Origin: a virus
Taxonomy: Duplodnaviria > Caudoviricetes
IMG/VR virus record: IMGVR_UViG_3300037246_000474
Span: 1 to 54,690 of that record
Direction: 5' to 3' (one strand)
Length of the DNA: 54,690 bases
The position numbers and the translations under genes were made by a program. How positions within the stretch are numbered: position 1 is the first letter of the stretch; each line of letters starts with the position of its first letter. Of this stretch, positions 1-9,065 are shown piece by piece. The notes beneath the pieces are model-generated. The model made no database searches and was not told the DNA's origin. It was given only the letters and a program-made list of their open reading frames with translations.

Positions 1-41
1 CAGTCAAAAGAATCAGGCTGAAAATTTATTTTATTTAGTTG

Positions 42-70
42 TTGCAACTGAATTGCCAATCGTTTATAAA
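42..70 (+). promoter_or_regulatory. sigma70-like early promoter
   Basis: TTGCAA-17nt-TATAAA after an AT-rich UP-like tract, upstream of the first ORF. Confidence 0.5.
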
Positions 71-125
71 CTGTAATACGTTTTATTTAATTAGTAGTTT
101 AATCTTATCAAGAAGGAGTTTTAAT

Positions 126-497
126 ATGAATAAGCAAGAGTTGAAGTTAAGAGAAGGTCGTTTGTCAAAGTTGGTTCAGGATTTCATGGATAACAAGAGA
201 GACATTGCGTTACTAAACAGTGCGCAAACAATACTCAAAGCCAAGATTGAAGCAAGGATGGTTACCAATAATAGTAAGGTGCTATTCTACAATGACGAGT
301 ATGTTCAGAAATGTCCTAATCCAACTGTGAGTATTAATGTTGCCAAGTTCAAGAATGCTACCAATAAAGACGAGTTCATGCAGTGTATCAAGGTAGATGT
401 TGCCAAGGCTCGTAAGGTACTCTCAGAGGGTCAGGTAGAGCAGATCATTGATACTAAGTCTGGCAGTAAACTTGTTACTGGTTCAATAGTAGAGTAA
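126..497 (+). CDS. hypothetical early protein
   Basis: AAGGAG SD before ATG at 126, in frame with ORF 39..497. Confidence 0.75.
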   Translation: MNKQELKLREGRLSKLVQDFMDNKRDIALLNSAQTILKAKIEARMVTNNSKVLFYNDEYVQKCPNPTVSINVAKFKNATNKDEFMQCIKVDVAKARKVLSEGQVEQIIDTKSGSKLVTGSIVE

Positions 498-596
498 CCA
501 CTTGAGGGTACTTGGTATGCTAAGGTCAGGTTCATAGCGTGGCAGGGCAGGGAGTACCTGAGAGTAGTCATTCTAATTTATAGAAGGGAGTATAAG

Positions 597-839
597 ATGG
601 AATCAGCATACGCTAGGAATTACGCTACAGGGAGAGAGGACAAGGCGAGTGGTCACAAGATGACACTGCCTGACACCATCACTGAGCAACATGCCTATCG
701 TGGTTACATGGATGGGTACAGTGGGAGAGAGTTCAACGAACCAAAGGCTATGGCAGTGAAGCAGACGTTCAAAAACCATGCTGAGGGCAATTTTAAAATC
801 CACGGGGAGGGAGACATAAATGTTAGGAGTCAGATTTAA
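597..839 (+). CDS. hypothetical protein
   Basis: AAGGGAG SD; part of a tightly packed operon. Confidence 0.7.
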   Translation: MESAYARNYATGREDKASGHKMTLPDTITEQHAYRGYMDGYSGREFNEPKAMAVKQTFKNHAEGNFKIHGEGDINVRSQI

Positions 840-1032
840 AACCAAGAAGGAATTGAAGGGCATGGTGGGTTCAAACATCAAGCCACATATCATCGAGACA
901 TCACTGTTCGGTGAAGAGTACGATGGCGAAAACCAAGGCACCTGCGTGTGTGTATCTCTTGACCCATACAATGTCAGGAATGCGTTCGCACAGATATGGG
1001 TGAGGGACAATATTCTAACCAAGGTCACATAG
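820..1032 (+). CDS. hypothetical protein
   Basis: GGAG SD; overlaps its neighbour. Confidence 0.75.
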   Translation: MLGVRFKTKKELKGMVGSNIKPHIIETSLFGEEYDGENQGTCVCVSLDPYNVRNAFAQIWVRDNILTKVT

Positions 1033-1043
1033 GAGGGAGAGAC

Positions 1044-1412
1044 ATGGAGCAAGGTAAATTAATATTTGATATGAATGACAGTGGCGAGTGCCATTGTGAG
1101 TATGACGAAGATGCATTGCAGTTAGGTATCGTGATTCGTAAGAAGTCTCCATCAGGGTATTGGTATGTCAGGGTGGAGGGGTTTGGATGGAACAGGATTA
1201 ATGGCTTTGCATATGTCAATCAGTTGACAGGCAAGGGTTGGTTACGTAAGATACTACCTGATACTGAATGTCATTTTAAGATATACCACTACGGCAAGGG
1301 ATTACTTGTTCAAAACTTCCACCATGATAGCTGTAGTGGAGACGAGAAGTATTATTGTGTACCAATTAGCAAGAAGACGTTCGACAATAAATCTTATGAA
1401 GGGAGCGTGTAA
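1044..1412 (+). CDS. hypothetical protein
   Basis: GGAGGGAG SD before ATG 1044; TAATG coupling to the next gene. Confidence 0.75.
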   Translation: MEQGKLIFDMNDSGECHCEYDEDALQLGIVIRKKSPSGYWYVRVEGFGWNRINGFAYVNQLTGKGWLRKILPDTECHFKIYHYGKGLLVQNFHHDSCSGDEKYYCVPISKKTFDNKSYEGSV

Positions 1413-1918
1413 TGAGTAAGACGATAGACAGTAAAATGATGAAGAGAGCAGTGGAGAGTTTGTTTAACAATGAGGTATATCGTAATTGCAAGGTGTCAAG
1501 TCATAGCCAATTGGAGCGTTGGATTATTGAAGAATTGAAGCAGTATTCTCCAAGTGATAGTGCAATGGCATTACAGAAGATCATGTATGAGATAAGAGGT
1601 ATTAATTTTGATATTGATGAACCGAAGGAAAATGATATTGATGCCGAGGTAGGTAATTTAGTACGAAGGTATTTAGACTACGGCTTGCACATGTCAGATA
1701 CAGGTGGTGGGTGTACCGCATTCAGGTGGTCGAATGAAGATGGTAGTCACTATGCATTAGTCACTACCGAGGGTGGGTGTGATGTACCTTCAAGCCTCGA
1801 TGACCCTGTTCAGTTTGGTTTCTACAATGAGTCCGATGATATGCTGTACCACAAAGAGTTCAAGACATCTATCGATATGTTTTCCGATAGACTTATTACT
1901 TACCTTATAGATTGTTAA
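1412..1918 (+). CDS. hypothetical protein
   Basis: 168-aa ORF coupled to the previous gene. Confidence 0.75.
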   Translation: MSKTIDSKMMKRAVESLFNNEVYRNCKVSSHSQLERWIIEELKQYSPSDSAMALQKIMYEIRGINFDIDEPKENDIDAEVGNLVRRYLDYGLHMSDTGGGCTAFRWSNEDGSHYALVTTEGGCDVPSSLDDPVQFGFYNESDDMLYHKEFKTSIDMFSDRLITYLIDC

Positions 1919-1941
1919 ACTTTAGACAGGGAGAGAGTACG

Positions 1942-2190
1942 ATGGTTGCACAAGAAGAGAGAACAGATATGAAGGATTACCAGATATGCACAAGGTGTGG
2001 AGAGGCTAAAGGATTCAACTCTTACAACATTACCAAGTGTAAAGACTGCCAGAGGGAGATCGCAGATGAAGAGTTCCTTGACAGTGGGTCAGAGAGTGTT
2101 ATCAGGGAGAATGCTGATCGTCCTAAGCAGGTGCGTGTTGATCTACATGAGCAGGAGTCTTACCTCGACAAGCTACTGGAGGAATATTGA
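1942..2190 (+). CDS. small CxxC...CxxC zinc-finger protein
   Basis: CTRC...CKDC; GGGAG SD. Confidence 0.65.
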   Translation: MVAQEERTDMKDYQICTRCGEAKGFNSYNITKCKDCQREIADEEFLDSGSESVIRENADRPKQVRVDLHEQESYLDKLLEEY

Positions 2191-2246
2191 CAGTGGAGTT
2201 ACATAGAATAATAGGATATTATTCACCTTTACATAGGAGACAACAG

Positions 2247-2450
2247 ATGAAGCATTTAGATGGCGATGGTAACGAGATCAAGGTAGGTGATAGTGTTGGT
2301 TTCAAGTCAGACTATGAGCAGGTCGGTGAGGTCATTGCTTTACTGGCGCATGGCAAGGTTGAGTTGTACGATGATAATGGTTTCGGTGGTGAGTATCTCA
2401 GGTATGCAAAGAAGACAGTTGAAGATGCAAGTAGATGTTGGTTGGTATAA
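2247..2450 (+). CDS. hypothetical protein (SH3/KOW-like 'DGNEIKVGDSV')
   Basis: AGGAG SD; motif common in small phage proteins. Confidence 0.7.
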   Translation: MKHLDGDGNEIKVGDSVGFKSDYEQVGEVIALLAHGKVELYDDNGFGGEYLRYAKKTVEDASRCWLV

Positions 2451-2503
2451 GTCATGTGTGTACACATTACTTTATAAATTAATATTATTCAAGGAGATTA
2501 TCG

Positions 2504-2920
2504 ATGGACAAAGCAAAAGTGCAGGACATGAGAGTGCAGATAACAAAAGCATTGGCTGATATTGCAGATGGTACAGGTATGACATTGAGACTTGGTAACA
2601 TCAATTTTACAGACTCAGGATTTAGAGGTACTATCCACTGTGAAGAGATAGGTGCCAATGGGCTTCCTGAGAGGTATAAGGCTGATTGGGACGAAGCAGT
2701 GAGTCTTAACCTAGTCAAGAAGGAATGGTTCGGTGTGGAGACTATGAGCAGGGATTCAAATTACAAGGTTGTTGGTTATGATTTCAAGAAGAGGAAGAGT
2801 AATATTATGCTCCAGAGGCAAGATAACGGCAAGATATATTGCACTACTCAGATTCACTTCTACAAGCCTGAATTTAAGAGAGATAAAGATAAAATAAAAC
2901 CCTTGCGCATAGTAGGGTAG
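2504..2920 (+). CDS. hypothetical protein
   Basis: AAGGAG SD; 138 aa. Confidence 0.75.
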   Translation: MDKAKVQDMRVQITKALADIADGTGMTLRLGNINFTDSGFRGTIHCEEIGANGLPERYKADWDEAVSLNLVKKEWFGVETMSRDSNYKVVGYDFKKRKSNIMLQRQDNGKIYCTTQIHFYKPEFKRDKDKIKPLRIVG

Positions 2921-2931
2921 TGTGATACAAT
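2903..2931 (+). promoter_or_regulatory. sigma70-like promoter with extended -10
   Basis: ccTTGCGC-17nt-TACAAT with TG-n before the -10. Confidence 0.6.
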
Positions 2932-2975
2932 GCGGTTTTATTACTTTATTAGTTTAATCTTTATAGGGGATAGCG

Positions 2976-3335
2976 ATGAAATATTTGATGATAGCAATCT
3001 TAATGGTGGTAATGAGTGCGAGTGTTATCAAGGCAGATACACAAGATGATGCAATCATGTCGGAAATGAAGAATTCGATAATAACGCATCGTGTAACTAT
3101 TGTTTGTCAGGCACTGGTAATATCGGGCTTGCAGGGACATATTGAGATAAATTCATTCGAAGATTGGTGGGATTATTTCAGAGGAACTTCTACAAGTCTA
3201 TGGGGTGAAGAGGGTGTCTTTGCGTTTAAAGGAATGAAAGTAACAACCATCACCGATGATATATGGATGCTAATGATGGAAGCGTCATACAAGAATACAT
3301 TAATAGGAATCAACAGAACACTTAATAGGTTTTAA
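2976..3335 (+). CDS. exported protein with signal peptide
   Basis: MKYLMIAILMVVMSASVIKA N-terminus; own promoter. Confidence 0.7.
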   Translation: MKYLMIAILMVVMSASVIKADTQDDAIMSEMKNSIITHRVTIVCQALVISGLQGHIEINSFEDWWDYFRGTSTSLWGEEGVFAFKGMKVTTITDDIWMLMMEASYKNTLIGINRTLNRF

Positions 3336-3370
3336 TTTTATTAGTTGTTAATTTTAGAATGGAGAGTATT

Positions 3371-3661
3371 ATGAGTCAGGGAAGTGGAAAGAAAGAGTAC
3401 AAGCCGAAGTACAGTAACAAAATAGAGTACAGTGAATTTAAGACAGATTATGGGACACATCACATGATACACTTCCCTATCAATGTCAACGAGGACACTG
3501 GATATGGTAAGATGTTTGGCTTGGGTGCAGGTAAGCTAAGAGCAATCATAGGTACGCCTCAAGCTATAATCGAAGCCAAGGCACATCTTGAGAAGTATCC
3601 AGACGAGGGAGTCACGCAGATTAAGGTTGATGACCATGTTGGCAATGAGTGGGACAATTGA
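3371..3661 (+). CDS. hypothetical protein
   Basis: GGAG SD before ATG 3371. Confidence 0.7.
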   Translation: MSQGSGKKEYKPKYSNKIEYSEFKTDYGTHHMIHFPINVNEDTGYGKMFGLGAGKLRAIIGTPQAIIEAKAHLEKYPDEGVTQIKVDDHVGNEWDN

Positions 3662-3852
3662 TTAAGGCAGAAGACGTAATCGCACTATGTTCATCGCTGG
3701 CAAAGTATCGGAAGTCTCTGGAGAAGGAGATTGAAAGACAGAAGTTGTTTCAGAAGAAGTATCCTGTTCATGAGGTAAGGCACAAATCAAGAGAAGATTG
3801 TTATCAAAATGCATTGAATATTTTTAATTCTTTAGTGGGAGAGAAGACGTGA
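3649..3852 (+). CDS. hypothetical protein
   Basis: fills the gap; GTGA overlap with the methyltransferase start. Confidence 0.6.
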   Translation: MGQLIKAEDVIALCSSLAKYRKSLEKEIERQKLFQKKYPVHEVRHKSREDCYQNALNIFNSLVGEKT

Positions 3853-5186
3853 ACGTATTATCTTTATTCGATGGAATGTCATGCGCACAGATAGCACTTA
3901 ACAGAGAGGGGGTGGAGTATGATAAATACTTCGCCTCCGAGGTTGACAAGTATGCTATCAAAGTGACTCAGGCAAACTATCCAAATACAATCCAATTAGG
4001 ATGCATAACGGAATTGACATATAGCAAGCTATTTAAAAATGGTGCAAGCAATATCGACCTGCTGATAGGTGGGAGTCCTTGTCAGGGATTTTCCTTCGCA
4101 GGTAAGCAGTTAAACTTTGATGACCCTCGCAGTAGGTTGTTCTTTGAGTATGTGCGTATTTTGCACACACTGAAAGAGATCAATCCAGATATTAAATTCA
4201 TACTTGAGAACGTCAAGATGAAGAAGGAGTTTCAGGATGCTATTTCTAAGTTCATTGGTGTTGAGCCGATTGAGATAAATTCTAACCTCGTTTCGGCTCA
4301 GAACAGAAGAAGATTATACTGGACAAACATTCCGCATCTGGTTCAGCCACTAGACAAACAGATCATGCTAGAGGACATAGTGCATGAAGGGTACCACGTG
4401 GACAGAGACAAGTCGCATGCTATAATTGGTAGTATAGGTAGGACAACAGAGAGAGAATACTTCCAGAAGAAGCAGGGACAGATGGCAGTGAAGACAGGGA
4501 GAGCATTTGCTCATGGTGTAGACAGGGAGAAGTCTCATTGTATCGATGCAAACTACTGGAAGGGTGGCAACTTCAAATCATACTTCGAGAAACACAGAAG
4601 ACAGTTAGTGTTTGAAGCACTGAAAGAGTATCACGTGCCGTTTGATAAGACTCTCCAGATCATGGACAAAGAGGTAGCACGTGGTAAGGTGGGATACTTC
4701 AACGCAGACAGTCAGGCAAACAGGGTATACTATATCCACGACAAGGCAGTCACGCTGTGTGGCGATGCAGGTGGTGGTAGTGCAAAGATGGGTCAGTACC
4801 TGTTCGGTTGTATAACTCCTGATAGAGTCAACAAGAGACAGAACGGTCAGAGGTTTTCAGAAGGGAAGAAATTCTATACTCTTACTGCACAAGATCAGCA
4901 TGGCATCCTGATAGAAGGATACATACGTAAGCTTACACCGATGGAGTGTGAACGTCTACAGACTGTACCAGAAGACTATACAAACCATGTATCAAATACT
5001 CAGAGGTACAAGATGTTAGGCAATGGAATGACAGTGGACGTGATAGCGCATATCCTGAACTTCATGCCAGTTTATGCACCATGTGGGTGTCTGGAAGAGG
5101 ATGTACATAGCTATTGGTGCGATTGTTGTCAGGTGACTACAGTAGTCTGTCACCATAATTCATATGGAACATGCATGTGTTCTTAA
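3849..5186 (+). CDS. dcm: DNA (cytosine-5) methyltransferase with long repetitive variable region
   Basis: motifs I (LSLFDG), IV (GGSPCQGFS), VI (ENV), VIII (QNRRR), IX (RKLTPMECERLQ), X (GNG). Confidence 0.95.
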   Translation: MNVLSLFDGMSCAQIALNREGVEYDKYFASEVDKYAIKVTQANYPNTIQLGCITELTYSKLFKNGASNIDLLIGGSPCQGFSFAGKQLNFDDPRSRLFFEYVRILHTLKEINPDIKFILENVKMKKEFQDAISKFIGVEPIEINSNLVSAQNRRRLYWTNIPHLVQPLDKQIMLEDIVHEGYHVDRDKSHAIIGSIGRTTEREYFQKKQGQMAVKTGRAFAHGVDREKSHCIDANYWKGGNFKSYFEKHRRQLVFEALKEYHVPFDKTLQIMDKEVARGKVGYFNADSQANRVYYIHDKAVTLCGDAGGGSAKMGQYLFGCITPDRVNKRQNGQRFSEGKKFYTLTAQDQHGILIEGYIRKLTPMECERLQTVPEDYTNHVSNTQRYKMLGNGMTVDVIAHILNFMPVYAPCGCLEEDVHSYWCDCCQVTTVVCHHNSYGTCMCS

Positions 5187-5294
5187 CATAAGAGTGCAGA
5201 GGGGGAGTGTTCATTTAGGGGTTCTATTTTCTTACCTCATATGGCATCAAAGGGCTTCCTCTCTGCTCTTAACTTTTATAGAAGGGAGCGACAA

Positions 5295-5462
5295 ATGGTA
5301 GTATGTAACAGGTGTGACCATGAGATTCAGTATGGTGACGAGTACAAGATAGCATATAACCAGATATGGTGCATAGAGTGTGCCGATGAAATTGATGAAG
5401 ATGATGGTAGTTTCGGAATGACATACATCAGATCGGAGGGAGTGGGAGATGCTAAGAAGTGA
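5295..5462 (+). CDS. small zinc-finger protein
   Basis: CNRC...CIEC; AAGGGAG SD. Confidence 0.6.
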   Translation: MVVCNRCDHEIQYGDEYKIAYNQIWCIECADEIDEDDGSFGMTYIRSEGVGDAKK

Positions 5463-5589
5463 GCTAATAACACAGTTGAGATTTGCATTACGTTTAGCAA
5501 CAAGTCCTGCGGAAGAGGTGGTGGAGTTTGAATTAGGTGATACTGATTTCTGTTTTGAATTTGACAAGGAGAAAAAAGATGGCAAGTGA
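5449..5589 (+). CDS. small hypothetical protein (46 aa, not in the ORF track)
   Basis: GGGAG SD; MLRSELITQLRFALRLATSPAEEVVEFELGDTDFCFEFDKEKKDGK; overlaps both neighbours. Confidence 0.55.
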   Translation: MLRSELITQLRFALRLATSPAEEVVEFELGDTDFCFEFDKEKKDGK

Positions 5590-5791
5590 TATCGAGGTGA
5601 TAGTAAGGAAAGACTTTTGTGGTAATGATCTCACGATTGGTACCAAGGTAATATTCATGGAGCTTGGCTATAGGAATTTTGATACAGGTATCATTACTCA
5701 TATGTCAAATTTGAAGGGTACCATTACCAGAGACAATGGCAAGAAGAATATTCAATTGTACACACAGATGATACGAGCCAACCACGGGTAA
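5579..5791 (+). CDS. hypothetical protein
   Basis: AAGGAG SD before ATG 5579. Confidence 0.7.
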   Translation: MASDIEVIVRKDFCGNDLTIGTKVIFMELGYRNFDTGIITHMSNLKGTITRDNGKKNIQLYTQMIRANHG

Positions 5792-5796
5792 TATCC

Positions 5797-5825
5797 TTGA
5801 CAATTGGCAGGTCGTATGATAGACT
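5797..5825 (+). promoter_or_regulatory. strong sigma70 promoter
   Basis: ccTTGACA-17nt-TAGACT with extended -10 TG. Confidence 0.75.
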
Positions 5826-5831
5826 GTAGAA

Positions 5832-6078
5832 CTTTGACGCATAATGATGATTAGCATAACCATTTTTAGAGGGGAGTGCAGTAGTCATGGGAGCATCGTA
5901 AGCCGTAGAAGCCCAATTCTACTTCTTAGAGTTGACTGACACTTTTGTTGAAAGAGAGGTGCAGTATGAGATATTAACAGTGCTGACGAGCTACGTACAA
6001 GCGAGATATATATACCACAATTAACTAAACTTAAAACCGAGTCTTCGTACTCTTCTGCGGAGATTCGGTTATTTATTT
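5832..6078 (+). ncRNA. candidate sRNA or structured leader
   Basis: about 250 nt without a plausible ORF, between a strong promoter and a hairpin terminator; contains internal hairpins. Confidence 0.45.
6035..6078 (+). terminator. intrinsic terminator / attenuator
   Basis: AACCGAGTCTTCGTA...TGCGGAGATTCGGTT stem followed by ATTTATTT. Confidence 0.6.
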
Positions 6079-6107
6079 ACAGGAAGAGATTATTGAAGGG
6101 AGTCATA

Positions 6108-6536
6108 ATGGCAGATGAAGTAAAAAAGGCAATTCAACGTAGTTTGGAGCTATTCGTAGAGGCAGTAGAGAGAACCAGTAATCTGGAGATCGTCTGTGAG
6201 GAAGAGGTCGAAGGTAAAGACCTCTTGGTTGTAGAGAATAGCGAAGTAGCAGAAGACATTGAAGGTCACCAGTGTACCGTTGACGTGTCTGAGATATTTG
6301 CAGTGATTAAAGACTGCAGAACGGCTCAACAGTTCATCGATGTGATTAACTGTGACAGGGGTCCAATTGTGCTTAACGGAATCACTCGTATCGTTGGATA
6401 TTACTCTAGGGTCAACAACTGGAACAAGAGCAAGATCGGTGAGCTAAGAGATCGTAAGAGTAAAAACTATGCTCTGTCTGGTCAGCATGCCGTTCATGAA
6501 GAGGCACGTGACAAGGCTGTAAACGCATTATCGTAG
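6108..6536 (+). CDS. stand-alone class III RNR (NrdD) C-terminal glycyl-radical-domain protein
   Basis: ITRIVGYYSRVNNWNKSKIGELRDR matches the NrdD C-terminal motif; only 142 aa. Confidence 0.75.
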   Translation: MADEVKKAIQRSLELFVEAVERTSNLEIVCEEEVEGKDLLVVENSEVAEDIEGHQCTVDVSEIFAVIKDCRTAQQFIDVINCDRGPIVLNGITRIVGYYSRVNNWNKSKIGELRDRKSKNYALSGQHAVHEEARDKAVNALS

Positions 6537-6565
6537 TATTCATTCACCAAGTGTGCTATGAGTTG

Positions 6566-6620
6566 AAATCTCCCAACTGTCAACCTCTTCGGAGTAAGCT
6601 GATAGAAGGGAGATTTTTTT
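6566..6620 (+). terminator. terminator between convergent transcription units
   Basis: AAATCTCCC...GGGAGATTT stem plus T-run. Confidence 0.7.
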
Positions 6621-6626
6621 ATGCCA

Positions 6627-7061
6627 TTACAGAAACCATTCCAAGTCTTTGCCGAGTATCTTCGCTATCCTTTCCAGTGTCTTGATTGATACCCTCTGTT
6701 TCTTCTGCTCAACGTAATTCATGTAGACTGCAGATATGCCAAGTTCCTTTGCCAGTCCTGCCTGAGAGATACCTTCGACTACCTGCACATGTTCAGCACG
6801 TGCCTGTCTAATGCGATCTGCTATCTTGTCATAGATACCCTTGTCAAGTACAAAGTCATCCAAGTCCTTCTTGGTGATACGTATTACCCTGCTTCCAGAC
6901 TTTCCGGTAACCTTGTAGTAGGGAATTCTCTTCTGCTTAAATAGTTGTAACTTCAATTCCTCTTTGGGTATACCGATATAATTTGCCGCTAATCCAATAG
7001 TGAAACACTGGACCCGCTTGCCACTTGTATCAATTACCACTTGCTTTTTTTTCTTTGGCAC
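6627..7061 (-). CDS. transcription regulator: excisionase-like HTH fused to XRE HTH
   Basis: FTIGLAANYIGI...IRITKKDLDDF, then ISQAGLAKELGISAVYMNYVEQ. Confidence 0.8.
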   Translation of the reverse strand: MPKKKKQVVIDTSGKRVQCFTIGLAANYIGIPKEELKLQLFKQKRIPYYKVTGKSGSRVIRITKKDLDDFVLDKGIYDKIADRIRQARAEHVQVVEGISQAGLAKELGISAVYMNYVEQKKQRVSIKTLERIAKILGKDLEWFL

Positions 7062-7311
7062 TATCTACTCTCTCTCTAAGCCTTATCAGCTTTTTTGTTT
7101 TAATTGAATTAACCACTTCACTGCCTATATAATGCCTGAACTGACTACACATGATCTCAACGTCTGCTATTTCCTCAGCCAGTTCCTCTTTGGTGGCTTT
7201 ATCATCATACCAGTGATGTATTGCTACCAGTAATTCTCCAACTTCCTCAGAAAATTTGTATATCTGTGCCTTGATTCCCCAAAGCTGTAATGTTTCTTCA
7301 AATAATCTCAT
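7030..7311 (-). CDS. MazG-like nucleotide pyrophosphohydrolase
   Basis: EEVGEL...EEIADV acidic helices. Confidence 0.75.
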   Translation of the reverse strand: MRLFEETLQLWGIKAQIYKFSEEVGELLVAIHHWYDDKATKEELAEEIADVEIMCSQFRHYIGSEVVNSIKTKKLIRLRERVDSAKEKKASGN

Positions 7312-7404
7312 GTTTTAGCCCTTTCTAAGCGTCTTAAATGTTCCAGGCATGCCGAGACACCACTTTGGTACCTTCGACACCGCCACGGTCAAATAAAGGG
7401 TACT

Positions 7405-9054
7405 CTACCCCTCATATTTAGTCACCTTGACACCACCATTGGTATCATATCTTCCAGAATTCAACTGATAATACAATTCAGCCACTCCGACCTTGCCTAT
7501 TTCCCTGAATCTGATCTTCTGGACGTGTATTTCTACTGCTTTCGAGTCATCTTCCAAGTCACGATACACTGCCATACAATTATCTGCTTTGTTACGGAAG
7601 TTGGCAGAACCTGCTATGTCATAAGGGGTTGGGCATGCATACTTACCAGTGCTTGTTTCCTTTGGTAGCTTAGTCGGGTGAGCTATTACCCATATATGAA
7701 CCTTGTATGTCCTTGCAAATCTACGAATCTTAGACAGTGCGATGGATATGTAGTCAGTTTCAGTCTGTCCTGCAGGTCGTGTATGGTCAATTTCGTTCCA
7801 TGGGTCTATGCTAAAACCTTGAATACCATACCTTCGGACACATACCTTGGCTTTCTCTAATATCCTGTCAATGGTTAATTCGTTATCCTCTGGAGCCACA
7901 AAATAGAAGTGTTCCTGTAGCCATTCCTGAGACTTTGCAAACTCATTCGGATTCATGTATCCAGTATAGCTCTTGCTGAACGGCTTACCTATGTATTTCT
8001 GTTGTAACTTACTGCAGTGTAACTCGATAGGATGATTCTCCGGAGAGAAAGTGGCGAATCTCCAACCCTGATTCATTGCGATGTTCACCATAAGGGCATC
8101 AATAAACTCAGATTTACCGTGAGAAGGGATGCCTGTAACCACCGTAACCTCGCCTTGGCGCACGGTATACAACGAATCGATGTTAATCCAACCAGTCAAA
8201 GTTCCACCTTCACGTCCGTCCTCATGATACAACCTCTCGTTTAGTTCCTTGACATCCTCATATTCAAATAATCCCACTATCGGCACTGCTTTAGCACCAT
8301 CAATTGCAGATACACAATCGTATAAGTCCTGTTTCAGTGCATCGTTAGCGTCTTTACAACCCTCTGGCCAAGTAACTATGAAGCATTTCTCGGGTCCAAG
8401 TCTTCTTACCAGTTCCTGTTCGAGTAGTTTACCTGCAGGGTCTTCATCAACAGCGATGATAAACTTCTCAACATGTTTTAATTCCTCTTCACAGTTCTCA
8501 ATGTAGCTGAATTTAGATGCATAATTCTTTGACTTAACATCAGGCGCACCGTCTGGCACAGATATGACATTCCAGTATGTAGCCTCGTTAAGTGCAAGCT
8601 TGTCAGGTTCTCCTTCAACAATGATTACTTCCTTCTGATCTTTGATATCATCCAATCCGTAGAATATCTTATCAGCACCTGCTTCCTGCCTGAATTTCTT
8701 ATCACGTGATCTGTATTTCGCATTTACCAGTTCACCGTCTCGGTAGTATGGGAATATTATTTCCCTGTTATTCGCAGTGACATTGTTTCGCTTTAAAGTC
8801 TCCGGAGAAATACCTCTTGACTTAAATATCAGCGATGCCCACTCTGGCATATCACCAGTAGGTAGCTTAACCACTGGCTTTGGCTTAGGAGCAGGTGGAA
8901 GCTTTCCGTCTTTGTCAAGGTACCCTTGGTGGTCGCAATGAGGGTGGTGGCACTTGTAGGCTCCTGATTCCACGTTGATTGACAGGCACTTGGTATTCTG
9001 GTTACGTCTTGATCTTAGGTGACTGCATTTCGGACATATTTCTAATCGTTGCAT
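7405..9054 (-). CDS. T7 gp4/Twinkle-like primase-helicase
   Basis: N-terminal Zn finger, TOPRIM (VEGEPD, DED, KDAND), Walker A GIPSHGKS, IDPWN, HPTK. Confidence 0.92.
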   Translation of the reverse strand: MQRLEICPKCSHLRSRRNQNTKCLSINVESGAYKCHHPHCDHQGYLDKDGKLPPAPKPKPVVKLPTGDMPEWASLIFKSRGISPETLKRNNVTANNREIIFPYYRDGELVNAKYRSRDKKFRQEAGADKIFYGLDDIKDQKEVIIVEGEPDKLALNEATYWNVISVPDGAPDVKSKNYASKFSYIENCEEELKHVEKFIIAVDEDPAGKLLEQELVRRLGPEKCFIVTWPEGCKDANDALKQDLYDCVSAIDGAKAVPIVGLFEYEDVKELNERLYHEDGREGGTLTGWINIDSLYTVRQGEVTVVTGIPSHGKSEFIDALMVNIAMNQGWRFATFSPENHPIELHCSKLQQKYIGKPFSKSYTGYMNPNEFAKSQEWLQEHFYFVAPEDNELTIDRILEKAKVCVRRYGIQGFSIDPWNEIDHTRPAGQTETDYISIALSKIRRFARTYKVHIWVIAHPTKLPKETSTGKYACPTPYDIAGSANFRNKADNCMAVYRDLEDDSKAVEIHVQKIRFREIGKVGVAELYYQLNSGRYDTNGGVKVTKYEG

Positions 9055-9065
9055 TCTAATCCTTT

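Noticed and set aside
5979-6020. Hammerhead-like CTGACGAG-stem-GAGA
   Set aside because: GAAA is replaced by GAGA, and no consistent stem I/III with a UH cleavage site could be built
6627-7061. Evidence of a prophage or integration module
   Set aside because: Only an excisionase-like HTH is present; no integrase, att site or host genes are in the window, so lifestyle cannot be called
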